Positions 8,559 to 19,100 of a DNA stretch of 60,270 nt are shown piece by piece (the stretch's first letter is position 1; every line of letters begins with the position of its first letter). Location: positions 1 to 60,270 of IMG/VR virus record IMGVR_UViG_3300037473_000305; one strand, written 5' to 3'. The notes under the pieces are model-generated. The model had not been told where the DNA came from. It made no database searches and saw only the letters and a list, made by a program, of their open reading frames with translations. The DNA comes from a virus. Lineage: Duplodnaviria; Caudoviricetes. The translations under genes and the position numbers were made by a program.

Positions 8559-10677
8559 TGATCAAAGTTTTTAAATCATTGGATGCGGTACTGATTAACT
8601 GAAATGCCTGTTCCTCCAGCGTGTTGGGGGCAATACCGATTTTGAGATTGTACCCGGTGTAGGTATTCCCATTAGGATGCTCGAATGAAAAGCATCGGTT
8701 CGGGTTTTCTTCCATGAGCTCTACCAGGCCTTCGTATGATTCCGGTTCGAACTCGAAAAGAATCGGTTTAAGTAACCGAGGAGTATCTGAAATAGTAAAA
8801 TCGGCGTCTTCATCGTAGATCACTGTCCCTTTAACTGTTTTCAATTCCCGATTCTTGTCGCTGGTTTGGTAAGTAAGTTTCGTTCCTTCGAAACCATAAA
8901 AGACGCTGTTAATCCAATTACGATGCTTTTCGAGCAGGCGGGCAGGGGTAAGTTCTTCGATATTAAAAGCGGTATCCGGCGAAAGCAATCCATCCACACT
9001 ATCATAAGGAACCACTCGCTTCAGGTTATAACTCCCATCATCATTTTGACTTGACAGATCAATATTGATAATAAATACATCATTGTCGCTGCTGCTGTCT
9101 GTAGTGATTTTACCTTCTAAGTTAATGCGCGTAAGCTCAATGCCAAAAGGATCGGCACGATATACGCTGACCAAATCGAGCAGTTTGCTTACGCGCTGGA
9201 CTACCGATGATCTTTCCTGCGTGGTATTGAATTCCTGTTTACCATTTACATCATCATAAGTCTGATTCGGCCAGCCAATTTTAACGCTGTTGACTAGTAA
9301 TTCAGTGGCGTATTTCCATTTGAAATTGCGAACCTTTCCGAGTGCAATAGGGTCACTTTCATCAAAGAAGTGCTCTTTTGACTCGAAAACGACCTTATTG
9401 TTTTCAATCCCAATGCCGGCATTCAGGGCAACGTTGTAGCTAGTGAAAAAATCGTTGAGATTGGTTTTAACAACTACATTCCCTGGGAGCGATCTTATTG
9501 CATCCCCACTCGTCACTACAAGATTCGGATGGGCTTCCAGTAGTGTGCTTAGTGCATTCGATTCATCACCAGTGATGTTTCCAATTAATCTTTTATAAAG
9601 TGTAAAAGGCTTGATAGCTCTTATAGTAGAATCGATGAACCGGGAAAAGAAATTAAAATCCGATAGTGATTCATCGGCATCAATACTTACGTTATAATTG
9701 GTAGATCCTACGCCTTGAACATATGAAATTAAAAAAAGCTTGTCTCCAGCCATAAGGTTTAAATTGACCGTTTCTTCAATATTGAATGGCTGATTAAATA
9801 TATTGTCAGTAGTAGACTGATCTAAAAATGTGTGTACAATGGTGCCCGTCTGATCGTATACTATGATTTTGTATACCCCAGTGCCAGTACCCGATGATTT
9901 TTTCAAATGTCCTGCAAATCTAAAAGTTGCAGATAACGATACGTTTGAAGTCGCTTGTAAAAAGAACCGTTCATCAGTAGTAAAATCTGCCGATGTGGCA
10001 TCTTCTTTAAATACATCAAACGTTGCAATGCCAATAATTTGTCCGGTAGCATCCGCACGTGAAAAGTTCATGAACCACTTGCGGGTGGTAGTAATTCCCG
10101 TATTTACATCATAAGAGGTAGGATCGCCATCAATATCCGCAACATGTATGTATCTAAACTCATAGCGTATATTGATACCATCCATCTTTATAGTTATCGC
10201 TTCCGGGTCATTAACCGGAATTTCATAATTTGTTGCTTCGTTGGCTTTCAGTTGTTTTGACAGGCCACCTTCCATGATGTTGATGGTGGTCTTATTTTCC
10301 TCCGACTGTATTGTGGTCAGGTCAAGTTCCCCCCTGTAAAATTTGTCATAGAAGAAGTAATAATTAGCCGGATCAATTTGCAAGGTCTGCTTTTGGATAA
10401 GCAGGAATAGCCGTTCGTCGAAGTTTTTGTTAAGCCCAATATAATCCAGGATATCCTTACCATCCAGTACGAACCCCAAGGGCAGTGAGAAATTCCGATT
10501 GATACCGAACTTAGTAAGATTCCTTTCCCAGCCGATATTAATATCCTGCCAGCCGTCAGGTGTGTAAGCAAGTGGCTTGTAATTAGATTTAAAAACAATA
10601 AGTCCGTTTTCCTTCTGGGCTGTTTTGCCCATGGAATCGAGTAAGTAATACAACCATTCTTTGCCTTCTACTGCCAT
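8551..10677 (-). CDS. Tail tip/hub protein (putative)
   Basis: 708 aa beta-rich protein directly after tape measure. Confidence 0.6.
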   Translation of the reverse strand: MAVEGKEWLYYLLDSMGKTAQKENGLIVFKSNYKPLAYTPDGWQDINIGWERNLTKFGINRNFSLPLGFVLDGKDILDYIGLNKNFDERLFLLIQKQTLQIDPANYYFFYDKFYRGELDLTTIQSEENKTTINIMEGGLSKQLKANEATNYEIPVNDPEAITIKMDGINIRYEFRYIHVADIDGDPTSYDVNTGITTTRKWFMNFSRADATGQIIGIATFDVFKEDATSADFTTDERFFLQATSNVSLSATFRFAGHLKKSSGTGTGVYKIIVYDQTGTIVHTFLDQSTTDNIFNQPFNIEETVNLNLMAGDKLFLISYVQGVGSTNYNVSIDADESLSDFNFFSRFIDSTIRAIKPFTLYKRLIGNITGDESNALSTLLEAHPNLVVTSGDAIRSLPGNVVVKTNLNDFFTSYNVALNAGIGIENNKVVFESKEHFFDESDPIALGKVRNFKWKYATELLVNSVKIGWPNQTYDDVNGKQEFNTTQERSSVVQRVSKLLDLVSVYRADPFGIELTRINLEGKITTDSSSDNDVFIINIDLSSQNDDGSYNLKRVVPYDSVDGLLSPDTAFNIEELTPARLLEKHRNWINSVFYGFEGTKLTYQTSDKNRELKTVKGTVIYDEDADFTISDTPRLLKPILFEFEPESYEGLVELMEENPNRCFSFEHPNGNTYTGYNLKIGIAPNTLEEQAFQLISTASNDLKTLING

Positions 10678-13600
10678 TTATCCTTGCAAATTATCGTTCA
10701 GGTAATGTGTTGAATTGCCGCCGCTTTTCGTGATCATCTTCCATCCGTCACGGGAGCGGTGGATGTGTATTTCTTTCTTGCCTCGTATAGTTTTATCCAG
10801 CCTATCCAGTTTACCTCCTAACGTCTTTGTCATCTCCCGGTAATATCTGCCATTATCAAGTAGTGAAGGGCTTTGGGTAAATCCAATTTGATTATGTATA
10901 GCTCTTAATGCTTGTTTGGAATCCGGGAATATGATTGAATGTTTCGGTACATTCATCACTGTAGGAACGGATGGCGTTTCAATGAGTTCCCCCTGCGGTG
11001 TCACCATCAACTCAGACCGGTGGGCATCACCCACCCATGCAAGACCACCAGGTGCATCATCAGTACCCGTAGCGAACTTCGGTAATGGGGCGGCTATGGC
11101 AGTTGCAAGTTGCGCTGCGCCTATTGCGCCTACGGCTATTGCTCTGGCTACAGCGGTATAAGGATCGCCGCTATTAAGTTGGTGAACGACAGCAAGTGCT
11201 GTCTCCACTATTATTTTACCAATATTGGCCGCTTTATCGAATTTCGCCTTTTGCAGGTCCAGCTGCCTCTGCCTGCGTTCAAGGGCTTCCTTTTGCGCAG
11301 CAGCACGCGCATTGATGATAGCTATTTTATCAGCTTTCTCTTGCTCGGAAATCGCTGATGCGTTTACTACTTCAATATCTTTTTCCTGCTTTTTACCAAC
11401 AGCTTCAATTTGTTCTTGAATAGCAGCCTTTTGACTGTCAGTCGTAGCAGAAAGAAATCCACTGATCAGTTCTGTGGATTTACTGTAAATGTCATTCACT
11501 TGCCCGATACTCTTCTCAAGTTGCGTGAGATATTCTCTATCAGATTTTGCCTTTCTTTTATTATTTTCAAGATTTCTGTTTGCCTCCAGATCAGACAATG
11601 ATATGCGCAACTCATGAAGCTGTTTCTCCTGATTGACAACATCGAGGCCCGCCGCTTTGCGCGCGGCTAAAATTTTCTCTGCGAATTCAATTTGCGTTTT
11701 TAATGCTGCTAATGCATATCTATACTCTATATCTGCGCGTCGTTGCGCATATTTCTCTTCGACTTTTTCCCTGGCAACGCTTCCTTCTGCTGTAGCGTTC
11801 ACTCTTTGCTCATACCATTTATTAAGTGATTTGAGCTCCTCTTCCTGACCTTCTGACAAATTATTAGACCGGGTGTCCTGTAAATGCTGAAGTTGTTCTA
11901 TTTGCTTGTTAAATGCCTCCTGTTGATCTCTAATAAATGATTCATTTGCCTCCTTATCCTGCTGTCTTTGCTGTTCAATAAACGATTGTCGAATTGATAG
12001 CAAATCTTCACCCAACTGTCGTTCAAGCAAAACCCGTTTCACCGCAAAGTCTCTTTCCACATCTGCCTTCTTTGCATTAAGCTGATTTAGTTGATTGATA
12101 TCCTTATCTGCTTTGGAGTTTTCATCGGCGATTTGTCCATTTATATTTCCTATTTCTACTGCTCTTTGTGCAGACAAAATCTGCTTCTCAATATCAAACG
12201 CCTTTTGCCTTGCTCCTATCCTGGTAATTAAATGCGCTTCCTGCAACTGAGACAGCTTCCTAAAATTATCTGCCTCTGATTTTAGCAATTCATCGTTGAA
12301 TGTTTTAGAAATCGATGTTATATTTTTTACTACTCCCGATGGATCTCCGCCTAAATTATCAAGCTGAGCTTTTAAATCAGCTATTACCTTTCTTGCGGGA
12401 TCGGCTTCTTTTTGCAGGGCCTGGAGTTCAGCATCCCGACCTTCATCTATTAGCTTTCTGAACTTTAAAAGATATTGCTGGCGCTTTTGCTCACTTCCGA
12501 AGTTTTCTGTTTTAATCGATTCGTATTGGCGCTCTAGTTCAATTTGCCTTAAAACAATTAACTTCTCCTTTTCTGCCAGTATTTCAGTGGCCGCCTGCGC
12601 TTTCGCTTTTATCGAGATAGCTTCAACATATTTTTTGACGGCCTCTGTTGCTTTTTCCTGAAGGTCTTTTTCGGTTTTTATCCCATTAAAATATCGGGGG
12701 GATATATCGTTTAATTCTTTAATAATTTCCAATTTCCTTCGCTTTGAAGTCGTTTCTTTTACCGCTTCTGCAGCCAATACTTCTACTGCTACTTTTTCCT
12801 TAATGAAGCCCTCCACGGCTTTATCACTTATTTCTTTAGATAATTGCTGTTCCTTACTTAGACCCGACAACGCTTTTTTCAGCTTGTCAAAATTTGCAAT
12901 TAATAGCCCAATGCCAACTATGATTGCACCAATACCCAATGAAATTAACGCTGCCCGGAATCTGGCACCAGCTGTCGCCGAAGTATCAAAAGCAGTTGCA
13001 ATTTGTTTTTGCGAGAATTCATATAGCTTATTGGCAGCGGTTCCCTTTGTTGTCAATTCGTTTGCAATCCCTCTTACGCCATTGCTGATATTCTCGATTG
13101 CAAGCAGCGTCTTAGCAGCTTCAGCGGCATCCTTCTCTGAGGCGCCAAAAGCTACTGCTGCGCCGGCAGCTGTTTGAAAAACGTTTGCCGCAAATGATAT
13201 GGAAGAAGCAAAAAGATCAAAGGCACGCGTATCAGAGGCTAAAGCTTTGACCTCAGCTCTTGTATCTGCAATTTGGTCAGTTAATTCCGCAAGACGTTTG
13301 CGTAAATCATTTGCCACTTCGCTATTACCTAATCCTTGCGTCTCAAGATTAACAAGAGTACGGGTAAAAGTTCTCACTTCCTGGGTAGCATCACCCATTT
13401 TACCAGAGAAGTTCAGGAATTGTTTATTGTCTGTAATGCCACGCAAGGCTTCAAACTCACTTTTGGCACGCTCTAAAGCTGCAGGCGTACTGTCGGCTGA
13501 CTTCTTCAGCCCTTCGAATTTCTGCCTCGCCTTTTCCAATGCATCCACAATGATTTTCGCGCTACCTTGGTAATTACCAACGTTACGCTGAAAACGCCCT

Positions 13601-14109
13601 GTCGATCCTTCCAGATCTTTTAATTCCTTATCCAGCTTTTGAATATTTTCCAATAGAGCAGTTCCTTTGGCCGCATTTCTTTCCGCTTCGCTTAAGCTGT
13701 CATAATCCCGTTGCAGTTGTTTTAACTGAACCTGTTTTTGCTTTATCGACCCTTCAGCGGCCTGATTCAATTGGATTTCTTCTTTAATTTGCTGATTACG
13801 CTGCTGCTGCTGCACTTTTAATTCCGCAATCCTTTTTGCTTCCTCAGAATACAGTGAATTCAGTTTCGCCTGCTGCTTCTCAAGTTCAAATTTCTGCTTT
13901 GCCAAATCCTTTTCCGCTTGCTCCAGTTCCTTTGTTCCATCAACCACCTGTTTAAATGTCTTTGCGCCGCCGAGCGCTTTATTTGTTTCTACTGCTTTGG
14001 CAATCAGCTTTTCAAAACCGGTGATACTTATCCCCAGCTTAGCATTTAGTTCGTCGAACTGAGCCAGCGCCTCTTTTGATATTAACGTCTCTATACGCTC
14101 TGTTGCCAT
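10678..14109 (-). CDS. Tail tape measure protein
   Basis: 1143 aa helical Ala/Lys/Glu/Gln-rich; GRFQRNVGNY motif; C-terminal PLPKFATGT...GELI..P..PT pattern. Confidence 0.9.
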   Translation of the reverse strand: MATERIETLISKEALAQFDELNAKLGISITGFEKLIAKAVETNKALGGAKTFKQVVDGTKELEQAEKDLAKQKFELEKQQAKLNSLYSEEAKRIAELKVQQQQRNQQIKEEIQLNQAAEGSIKQKQVQLKQLQRDYDSLSEAERNAAKGTALLENIQKLDKELKDLEGSTGRFQRNVGNYQGSAKIIVDALEKARQKFEGLKKSADSTPAALERAKSEFEALRGITDNKQFLNFSGKMGDATQEVRTFTRTLVNLETQGLGNSEVANDLRKRLAELTDQIADTRAEVKALASDTRAFDLFASSISFAANVFQTAAGAAVAFGASEKDAAEAAKTLLAIENISNGVRGIANELTTKGTAANKLYEFSQKQIATAFDTSATAGARFRAALISLGIGAIIVGIGLLIANFDKLKKALSGLSKEQQLSKEISDKAVEGFIKEKVAVEVLAAEAVKETTSKRRKLEIIKELNDISPRYFNGIKTEKDLQEKATEAVKKYVEAISIKAKAQAATEILAEKEKLIVLRQIELERQYESIKTENFGSEQKRQQYLLKFRKLIDEGRDAELQALQKEADPARKVIADLKAQLDNLGGDPSGVVKNITSISKTFNDELLKSEADNFRKLSQLQEAHLITRIGARQKAFDIEKQILSAQRAVEIGNINGQIADENSKADKDINQLNQLNAKKADVERDFAVKRVLLERQLGEDLLSIRQSFIEQQRQQDKEANESFIRDQQEAFNKQIEQLQHLQDTRSNNLSEGQEEELKSLNKWYEQRVNATAEGSVAREKVEEKYAQRRADIEYRYALAALKTQIEFAEKILAARKAAGLDVVNQEKQLHELRISLSDLEANRNLENNKRKAKSDREYLTQLEKSIGQVNDIYSKSTELISGFLSATTDSQKAAIQEQIEAVGKKQEKDIEVVNASAISEQEKADKIAIINARAAAQKEALERRQRQLDLQKAKFDKAANIGKIIVETALAVVHQLNSGDPYTAVARAIAVGAIGAAQLATAIAAPLPKFATGTDDAPGGLAWVGDAHRSELMVTPQGELIETPSVPTVMNVPKHSIIFPDSKQALRAIHNQIGFTQSPSLLDNGRYYREMTKTLGGKLDRLDKTIRGKKEIHIHRSRDGWKMITKSGGNSTHYLNDNLQG

Positions 14110-14810
14110 TGCTTCCGGTTTTGGAGTGATTCAATCTGACGCTTCAATTTCTTTTCCAGCATAACATACTTATAAACTGTCAGGTGATCCAGGTCGTACG
14201 AGGTCTTTTGCATCTCTTCGATATGAATAAGCGTTTCCTCGAAATGCTCACGTGTAGGTGGTTCAGGCTGCGATTTTTTCAATTCGTCCGCCAGCTGCTT
14301 TACCATTTGTTGCAGCTGGATATATTTTAGCTTGGATTTGTTAATGATAGTGTTTAGTTGGTTAATGTATGCACCGGGCTCTTTTATCTGTGGCTTAAAG
14401 TTGTAACCAAGCTGCCTGAGACTTTCTGCGATGGATTCGCTGTATTGATAGGAGAGAAACGATACACAAATATCTAGTAGTTGTAGGTGACTGCGGAGTT
14501 TCCAGATGTCCCGGCTTAGCCTTACCTGCTCTATGGTTTCGATGGTGTCCCCCTTTAGTTCCTGGTATTCGCTCAATAGCAATACCCAGGCTTCTTGCAG
14601 CTGCTCGTGAGTTGCTTTGCCGGATATAATCAGTGATTTGAAATCTTCCTCGCAGATACACTGAATAAAAACATGCATGGGCGTCTCACTGCACCGGCGA
14701 TACAAATTGGCCGGTGATGCCAAGGCTACGCGCGGCTTGCGCTTCCATAAAAACCGCTTCACCAAGTTCGTTCTTGTAGACCACCACGAAACAATTGTTT
14801 TTAACAGCAT
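14091..14810 (-). CDS. Tail assembly chaperone-like protein (true start probably nearer 14720)
   Basis: Helical protein immediately upstream of tape measure. Confidence 0.5.
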   Translation of the reverse strand: MLLKTIVSWWSTRTNLVKRFLWKRKPRVALASPANLYRRCSETPMHVFIQCICEEDFKSLIISGKATHEQLQEAWVLLLSEYQELKGDTIETIEQVRLSRDIWKLRSHLQLLDICVSFLSYQYSESIAESLRQLGYNFKPQIKEPGAYINQLNTIINKSKLKYIQLQQMVKQLADELKKSQPEPPTREHFEETLIHIEEMQKTSYDLDHLTVYKYVMLEKKLKRQIESLQNRKQWQQSV

Positions 14811-14889
14811 ATTGCTTTGCCTCCTTTAATTTGGACTCCCATAATTGCGCCCGTTCTTTTTCATTCAAAAGACAACCATTGCAGCTCAT
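14686..14889 (-). CDS. Hypothetical protein, 67 aa
   Basis: ATGA-coupled to the upstream gene; MSCNGC start. Confidence 0.6.
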   Translation of the reverse strand: MSCNGCLLNEKERAQLWESKLKEAKQYAVKNNCFVVVYKNELGEAVFMEAQAARSLGITGQFVSPVQ

Positions 14890-15329
14890 GATCCGAATTT
14901 GAAGCCTAGTTTCCTGGTAATGCGTTCCTTCAGGGCTGGAAATAAATACAGAGGAATATATTCTTCACTTTTACTTTCTTTGGATAGACCGAATATTTTT
15001 TTGCCGTATTTCTTTTCCAGTTTGGCTGTCTTTTCATTGGCAGAAGATGTTTCAAAAGTCTCCGCATTTACATCAACAAACATATCGTTCCAAAATTCGC
15101 CAGTATCACGCAGCGTTACCCACCTGCTCTCTTGTCCTTTTGATTCTTTCAATTCAATGGTATAGTCTGCATAAGATGGAGTAATCTCACTTCCGTCCGC
15201 ACGTTTGCCAAGCGACATTTGCCCCTGATTGAGTATGATGATTTCACTAGACGTTTCAATAATTGATTCCTTTAGTTCTTCCAGCAAACTGAAGCCTTCA
15301 AGTTTTCGTCCAAGTTGATGTAGTGTCAA
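14886..15329 (-). CDS. Putative tail completion/neck protein
   Basis: VTLRDTGEF motif resembling the L.DTG.L motif of phage morphogenesis proteins; tail context. Confidence 0.55.
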   Translation of the reverse strand: MTLHQLGRKLEGFSLLEELKESIIETSSEIIILNQGQMSLGKRADGSEITPSYADYTIELKESKGQESRWVTLRDTGEFWNDMFVDVNAETFETSSANEKTAKLEKKYGKKIFGLSKESKSEEYIPLYLFPALKERITRKLGFKFGS

Positions 15330-15486
15330 TGATTAACTGATAAGTTTGTGTAAGTAACATCCGCCTGTCCTTTTCCGCATATCGGCTGAATACACCCTGT
15401 CTTATGTTCTGTTCAATGAATTCAGCCTGAGTAAACCGGCTCCAATGCAGCACACTGAAGCCGGTATTATCGACTATAACGGTCAT
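15298..15486 (-). CDS. Hypothetical protein, 62 aa
   Basis: TAATG-coupled to the major tail gene. Confidence 0.55.
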   Translation of the reverse strand: MTVIVDNTGFSVLHWSRFTQAEFIEQNIRQGVFSRYAEKDRRMLLTQTYQLIIDTTSTWTKT

Positions 15487-16451
15487 TAGCTGGATGCGGA
15501 TTCAACGATGAACGGCACACCATCCTGATCTTCAAAACCTTCCATGTTGATGGGAGGTGCTTTTAAGACAGACGGGATCGCCAGCTGTATTGTCATCTCT
15601 GCACCGTCGAACTCCTGCTGATAATGCAGCGCATTGACAGTGACATTGAATGCTTCATCGGCCGTATTATCGGCTACGGTAGTTACGCTGGATGCATCAC
15701 CATTGGACTTGTACGCTTTCCATGCCGAGGTCTGCAGCAGATTCGATTTGTACGCGTCGTACAGATTCACGTCACTGATCTTTGTCCGCACTTGTACAGT
15801 AGCCACATTGTTGGTCTGATCGATGATGGTTAATACCACTTCCTGTAAACCGACCACATCAAACAGATTGAAGTCCAGGGCCTCTCTCACCTTGATGAAG
15901 CCGAGGTTCCCTTTATTCAGATAAACCGGATTGATGATGAACCGCAGTGTGTAAGTTGCTGCATCTGCGCCAGTAGCCGGACGCCACGGGTTTACATAAA
16001 AGATATCCACAGGAATACCTCTCAGTATACCACCAGACGTGTATCCATATAGTACGCCATTGCTGTCATAGAACATGAAGTACTTATTGCTGCCGGCGTT
16101 CTTACCGATTTCCTGATGCAACTGTACGCCCCCCTTCAGATATCTGAAAGAAAAGTCGTAGAAACCATCCCGGGTGATGTATTTGGCACCGTAGTCCGTG
16201 GTGGTGATGCTTACATCTTCCGTATTGTCGGTAACGTTGATGAAATTATGATACGGAAATATGCGCGTGCCGATAGCGGCATGAACTTTCGTAATGAAAA
16301 AATCCTGCAGGTCGGCAAGATCGCTCTCCGAAATCTCAAAGTTGGAAGGCACCTGGATGGCGCCGACAAACTTATCGGGTTCAATGAAGCAATCTCCAAA
16401 ACCTGTATTGCCGTAGCTGGTCGCGCAAAGTGGTTTGTTAATTGTTGCCAT
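15486..16451 (-). CDS. Major tail (tube) protein (putative)
   Basis: 321 aa; N-terminal C...GNTG..C; position between head completion genes and tape measure. Confidence 0.65.
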   Translation of the reverse strand: MATINKPLCATSYGNTGFGDCFIEPDKFVGAIQVPSNFEISESDLADLQDFFITKVHAAIGTRIFPYHNFINVTDNTEDVSITTTDYGAKYITRDGFYDFSFRYLKGGVQLHQEIGKNAGSNKYFMFYDSNGVLYGYTSGGILRGIPVDIFYVNPWRPATGADAATYTLRFIINPVYLNKGNLGFIKVREALDFNLFDVVGLQEVVLTIIDQTNNVATVQVRTKISDVNLYDAYKSNLLQTSAWKAYKSNGDASSVTTVADNTADEAFNVTVNALHYQQEFDGAEMTIQLAIPSVLKAPPINMEGFEDQDGVPFIVESASS

Positions 16452-16470
16452 TTAATTAATTATTAGCTAG

Positions 16471-16995
16471 TTAACAAAGTTTGTTTTTGATGTTGATTCT
16501 GATATCCCTGAGTTCAATGGCATCGATGTAATCGTTGAAGATGTTCTTATCATTCTGCTGACTCCCGTAGAAGTACATATCGGTTTCCTGATACTTTAAT
16601 TCATCCTCATAAGTGAATTGATTGTGAACAGCAATCTGGTTGATCAACTCATCCTTAATCGGGTGAAGCACCGGTTTAAAATTGAGCTCAGTACGTTGAT
16701 CAGATATGTAGTTGGGATCTGTAATGTTCGCCACTAACATTCTGAGACGTGCTGCGCCATAAAAACCCGGCGTATCGTGATCAATGGTTATATCCGTAAA
16801 CAGAATAACCAATGGAAACTTTTTATGTCCTTCCGTGGGACTGTTCGATAAGGCTTGTAACCGACTACTGATCTCTTTGGGATGACCGTACATATAGTAG
16901 ATAGGACGATGACCAAAACTTTTTCCGGTCAATGCAGTATTCACTTTCGCAACTACTGCCGCCATCTCATCTACTATGTATACAGGCATGCTCAT
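16471..16995 (-). CDS. Tail terminator/head-tail joining protein (putative)
   Basis: KFPLVIL motif; synteny. Confidence 0.55.
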   Translation of the reverse strand: MSMPVYIVDEMAAVVAKVNTALTGKSFGHRPIYYMYGHPKEISSRLQALSNSPTEGHKKFPLVILFTDITIDHDTPGFYGAARLRMLVANITDPNYISDQRTELNFKPVLHPIKDELINQIAVHNQFTYEDELKYQETDMYFYGSQQNDKNIFNDYIDAIELRDIRINIKNKLC

Positions 16996-17819
16996 ATACC
17001 GAACTCATTTATGCGCCTGAAATATCTGCGCATGCACCAAACATCCAGATCTGCCCACTCCGTGTAATCATCTTTCTTCGCATCGAGATAATCACTGAGC
17101 TCACAGATTTGTCTGGACATCTGATTCCATGCGTTTACCATTTTCAAGGCGGGGCTTGTCATAACCGCATTTTCCGTTGTTGATTTGACCTCTCCCATGG
17201 CCGCGGTCTGGGTATGCTGATTTTTTGTATGCCAGTAGTAGACATAATTGGCAATCGGGCTTTGCTTATTAGTTCCTGTGCTAGTGTTTAACGCCAGGGT
17301 AGCCGACTTGTAGATGTATATATCATTGATTGCAAAAACACCCGATGTGAGTGTTAATGTGCTACCCACAATACTATATTCCGAAGAAAGCAATTGCCCG
17401 ACCCCTCGCTGTTCGATGGTAAAGTCTTTGCCTACCAGTGCGGCGGGGATAGTCACGTTATTCGTGCCAGCGACAGGATCGTATGCGCCACCACCACCGA
17501 CTTGTATCGATATGGTATTGACAGCATCCAACGCGTTCAAAACAGAAGGCGGCTGAGACACCAGACCACTCCAAAACCTAACCTGGTTATTTTGATCGGT
17601 ATACTCAACGCCTTCTATTAAGTCGGTCCATTTCTGTGCTACGGGAACCACTTCCAAACCTGCTTTGAGGGCCTTATGAAGCGAGTACCCCAGCGCTTTG
17701 CGGAGAAACTCCTCTTCATATTTCTCTATAAACAGGTCCAGCAGGCTGCCGACAGCAGCTTGTGCAGTATTGGGAATATTCAGTTCACCAACGAAATATG
17801 TACGGTCAATTAAAGCCAT
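16992..17819 (-). CDS. Head-tail connector/adaptor protein with inserted beta domain
   Basis: Directly after capsid gene; LID.TYF.GEL.IPN start and SPIANYVYY motif. Confidence 0.65.
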   Translation of the reverse strand: MALIDRTYFVGELNIPNTAQAAVGSLLDLFIEKYEEEFLRKALGYSLHKALKAGLEVVPVAQKWTDLIEGVEYTDQNNQVRFWSGLVSQPPSVLNALDAVNTISIQVGGGGAYDPVAGTNNVTIPAALVGKDFTIEQRGVGQLLSSEYSIVGSTLTLTSGVFAINDIYIYKSATLALNTSTGTNKQSPIANYVYYWHTKNQHTQTAAMGEVKSTTENAVMTSPALKMVNAWNQMSRQICELSDYLDAKKDDYTEWADLDVWCMRRYFRRINEFGI

Positions 17820-19081
17820 TAGCTACCAGAATCTATTACTGAGCGAATGCGTGTCAGCTGGTCATATACCAGGGCAGGTTTGCGGCTTGTGCTGATATAG
17901 TCGTGGTAACGCACCTCAGCAATTACGCTGAACTGGTTACGCTGGAAGTCGTCATTGTTGTAACCAACTTTCAGTACCATATCCTTGTACACATCCACAT
18001 TGTACTGGTTGACGTCACCTACAAGGGCATACCCTTCTGCCACTTTGTTGCCTTCGCGCATGATTGACTGCAAGCGCTGAAGGAAAGGTGGAATGAGGTA
18101 CAAGCGGTCGGTAGCAGACTTCTGCATCTCAACCAAGGCACCTGTAACCGGATTGATACCGATGAAATTGGCGTTGAAATTGTTCTTACCGACCTGCGCG
18201 ATCATCGCACGGAGCGCATCGTAAAAGTTTGAATCATCCACCTGCCCATTGAGGCCGGTCATGGTATAAGCCTGTGCGGCAGCAATTATGGCTGTATACA
18301 CATCGTCATCCCATTTGCGGGCAACGGTGTCAGTCAAAAGACGCTTTACGATCGTAGTGAAACCGGGCAAGTCCTGGTCGAACTCCTCGGTGATCACTGA
18401 CATGGCTGCAGTCTTTTTTGCCTGTGACATTTCCACTTTGAAGCGGGTATTCCACAGCGGCTTGGGTGCGCCTTCCTGTACCTGTGCGGCAGCACCTTCA
18501 ACGGACGTTTCATTCACCCATGGAAGCAGGGCAAAATTGGTATTGCCACGGTTGACATAGTTGATGATGAAATTCGGGTTGTACATGATACCGAAGAAAT
18601 TCGTAGCATTTACAGGCCCGGCAACCGGTAAGAATGGACTGTTCGGTGCCGGGGTCATTGGCTGTATGCTATTGCCAATGGAGGTGCTACCGGATGTCTT
18701 GAGCGTAATATTGCTCAGCGGAATTTCGATCACACCCGAGCCAGCTTTTTGAATGGCTTTGATTTGTTTGATGGTTTCCTCATCAGAGAGCAAATCTTCC
18801 AACGCCTTCGGCTGTGAAGGATTATTACCTTCTTTCAGGGCATTGATGATGTTTCCCTGTTCTTTCAGGGCCTCTTCAACCTTTGAAAGCGATTCGGTAA
18901 CCTTCGCCAGTTCTTCAGCCTTGAAGGCGTCAAAATCTTTTGAGGTCATCAGGCCTTTTCTTACATCTTCGATCTTGTCGTTGATGCTTTTTTCAGAAGC
19001 CGCGAACTGTTCTTTTATTTTCGTCGCCGCCTCTTTGCCAACTTTCTCGGTTAGCTCGGTGAATTGTTGTTCTGTTAACAT
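17819..19081 (-). CDS. Major capsid protein (HK97-like, N-terminal coiled-coil scaffold domain)
   Basis: About 110-aa coiled coil then AAQVQEGAPKP and DFQRNQFSVIAEVR motifs. Confidence 0.88.
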   Translation of the reverse strand: MLTEQQFTELTEKVGKEAATKIKEQFAASEKSINDKIEDVRKGLMTSKDFDAFKAEELAKVTESLSKVEEALKEQGNIINALKEGNNPSQPKALEDLLSDEETIKQIKAIQKAGSGVIEIPLSNITLKTSGSTSIGNSIQPMTPAPNSPFLPVAGPVNATNFFGIMYNPNFIINYVNRGNTNFALLPWVNETSVEGAAAQVQEGAPKPLWNTRFKVEMSQAKKTAAMSVITEEFDQDLPGFTTIVKRLLTDTVARKWDDDVYTAIIAAAQAYTMTGLNGQVDDSNFYDALRAMIAQVGKNNFNANFIGINPVTGALVEMQKSATDRLYLIPPFLQRLQSIMREGNKVAEGYALVGDVNQYNVDVYKDMVLKVGYNNDDFQRNQFSVIAEVRYHDYISTSRKPALVYDQLTRIRSVIDSGS

Positions 19082-19100
19082 TGTGAACCTTAGTTATAGG

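Noticed and set aside
14091-14889. Programmed tail-chaperone frameshift
   Set aside because: ORFs overlap but no convincing X XXY YYZ slippery site was identified near the first stop
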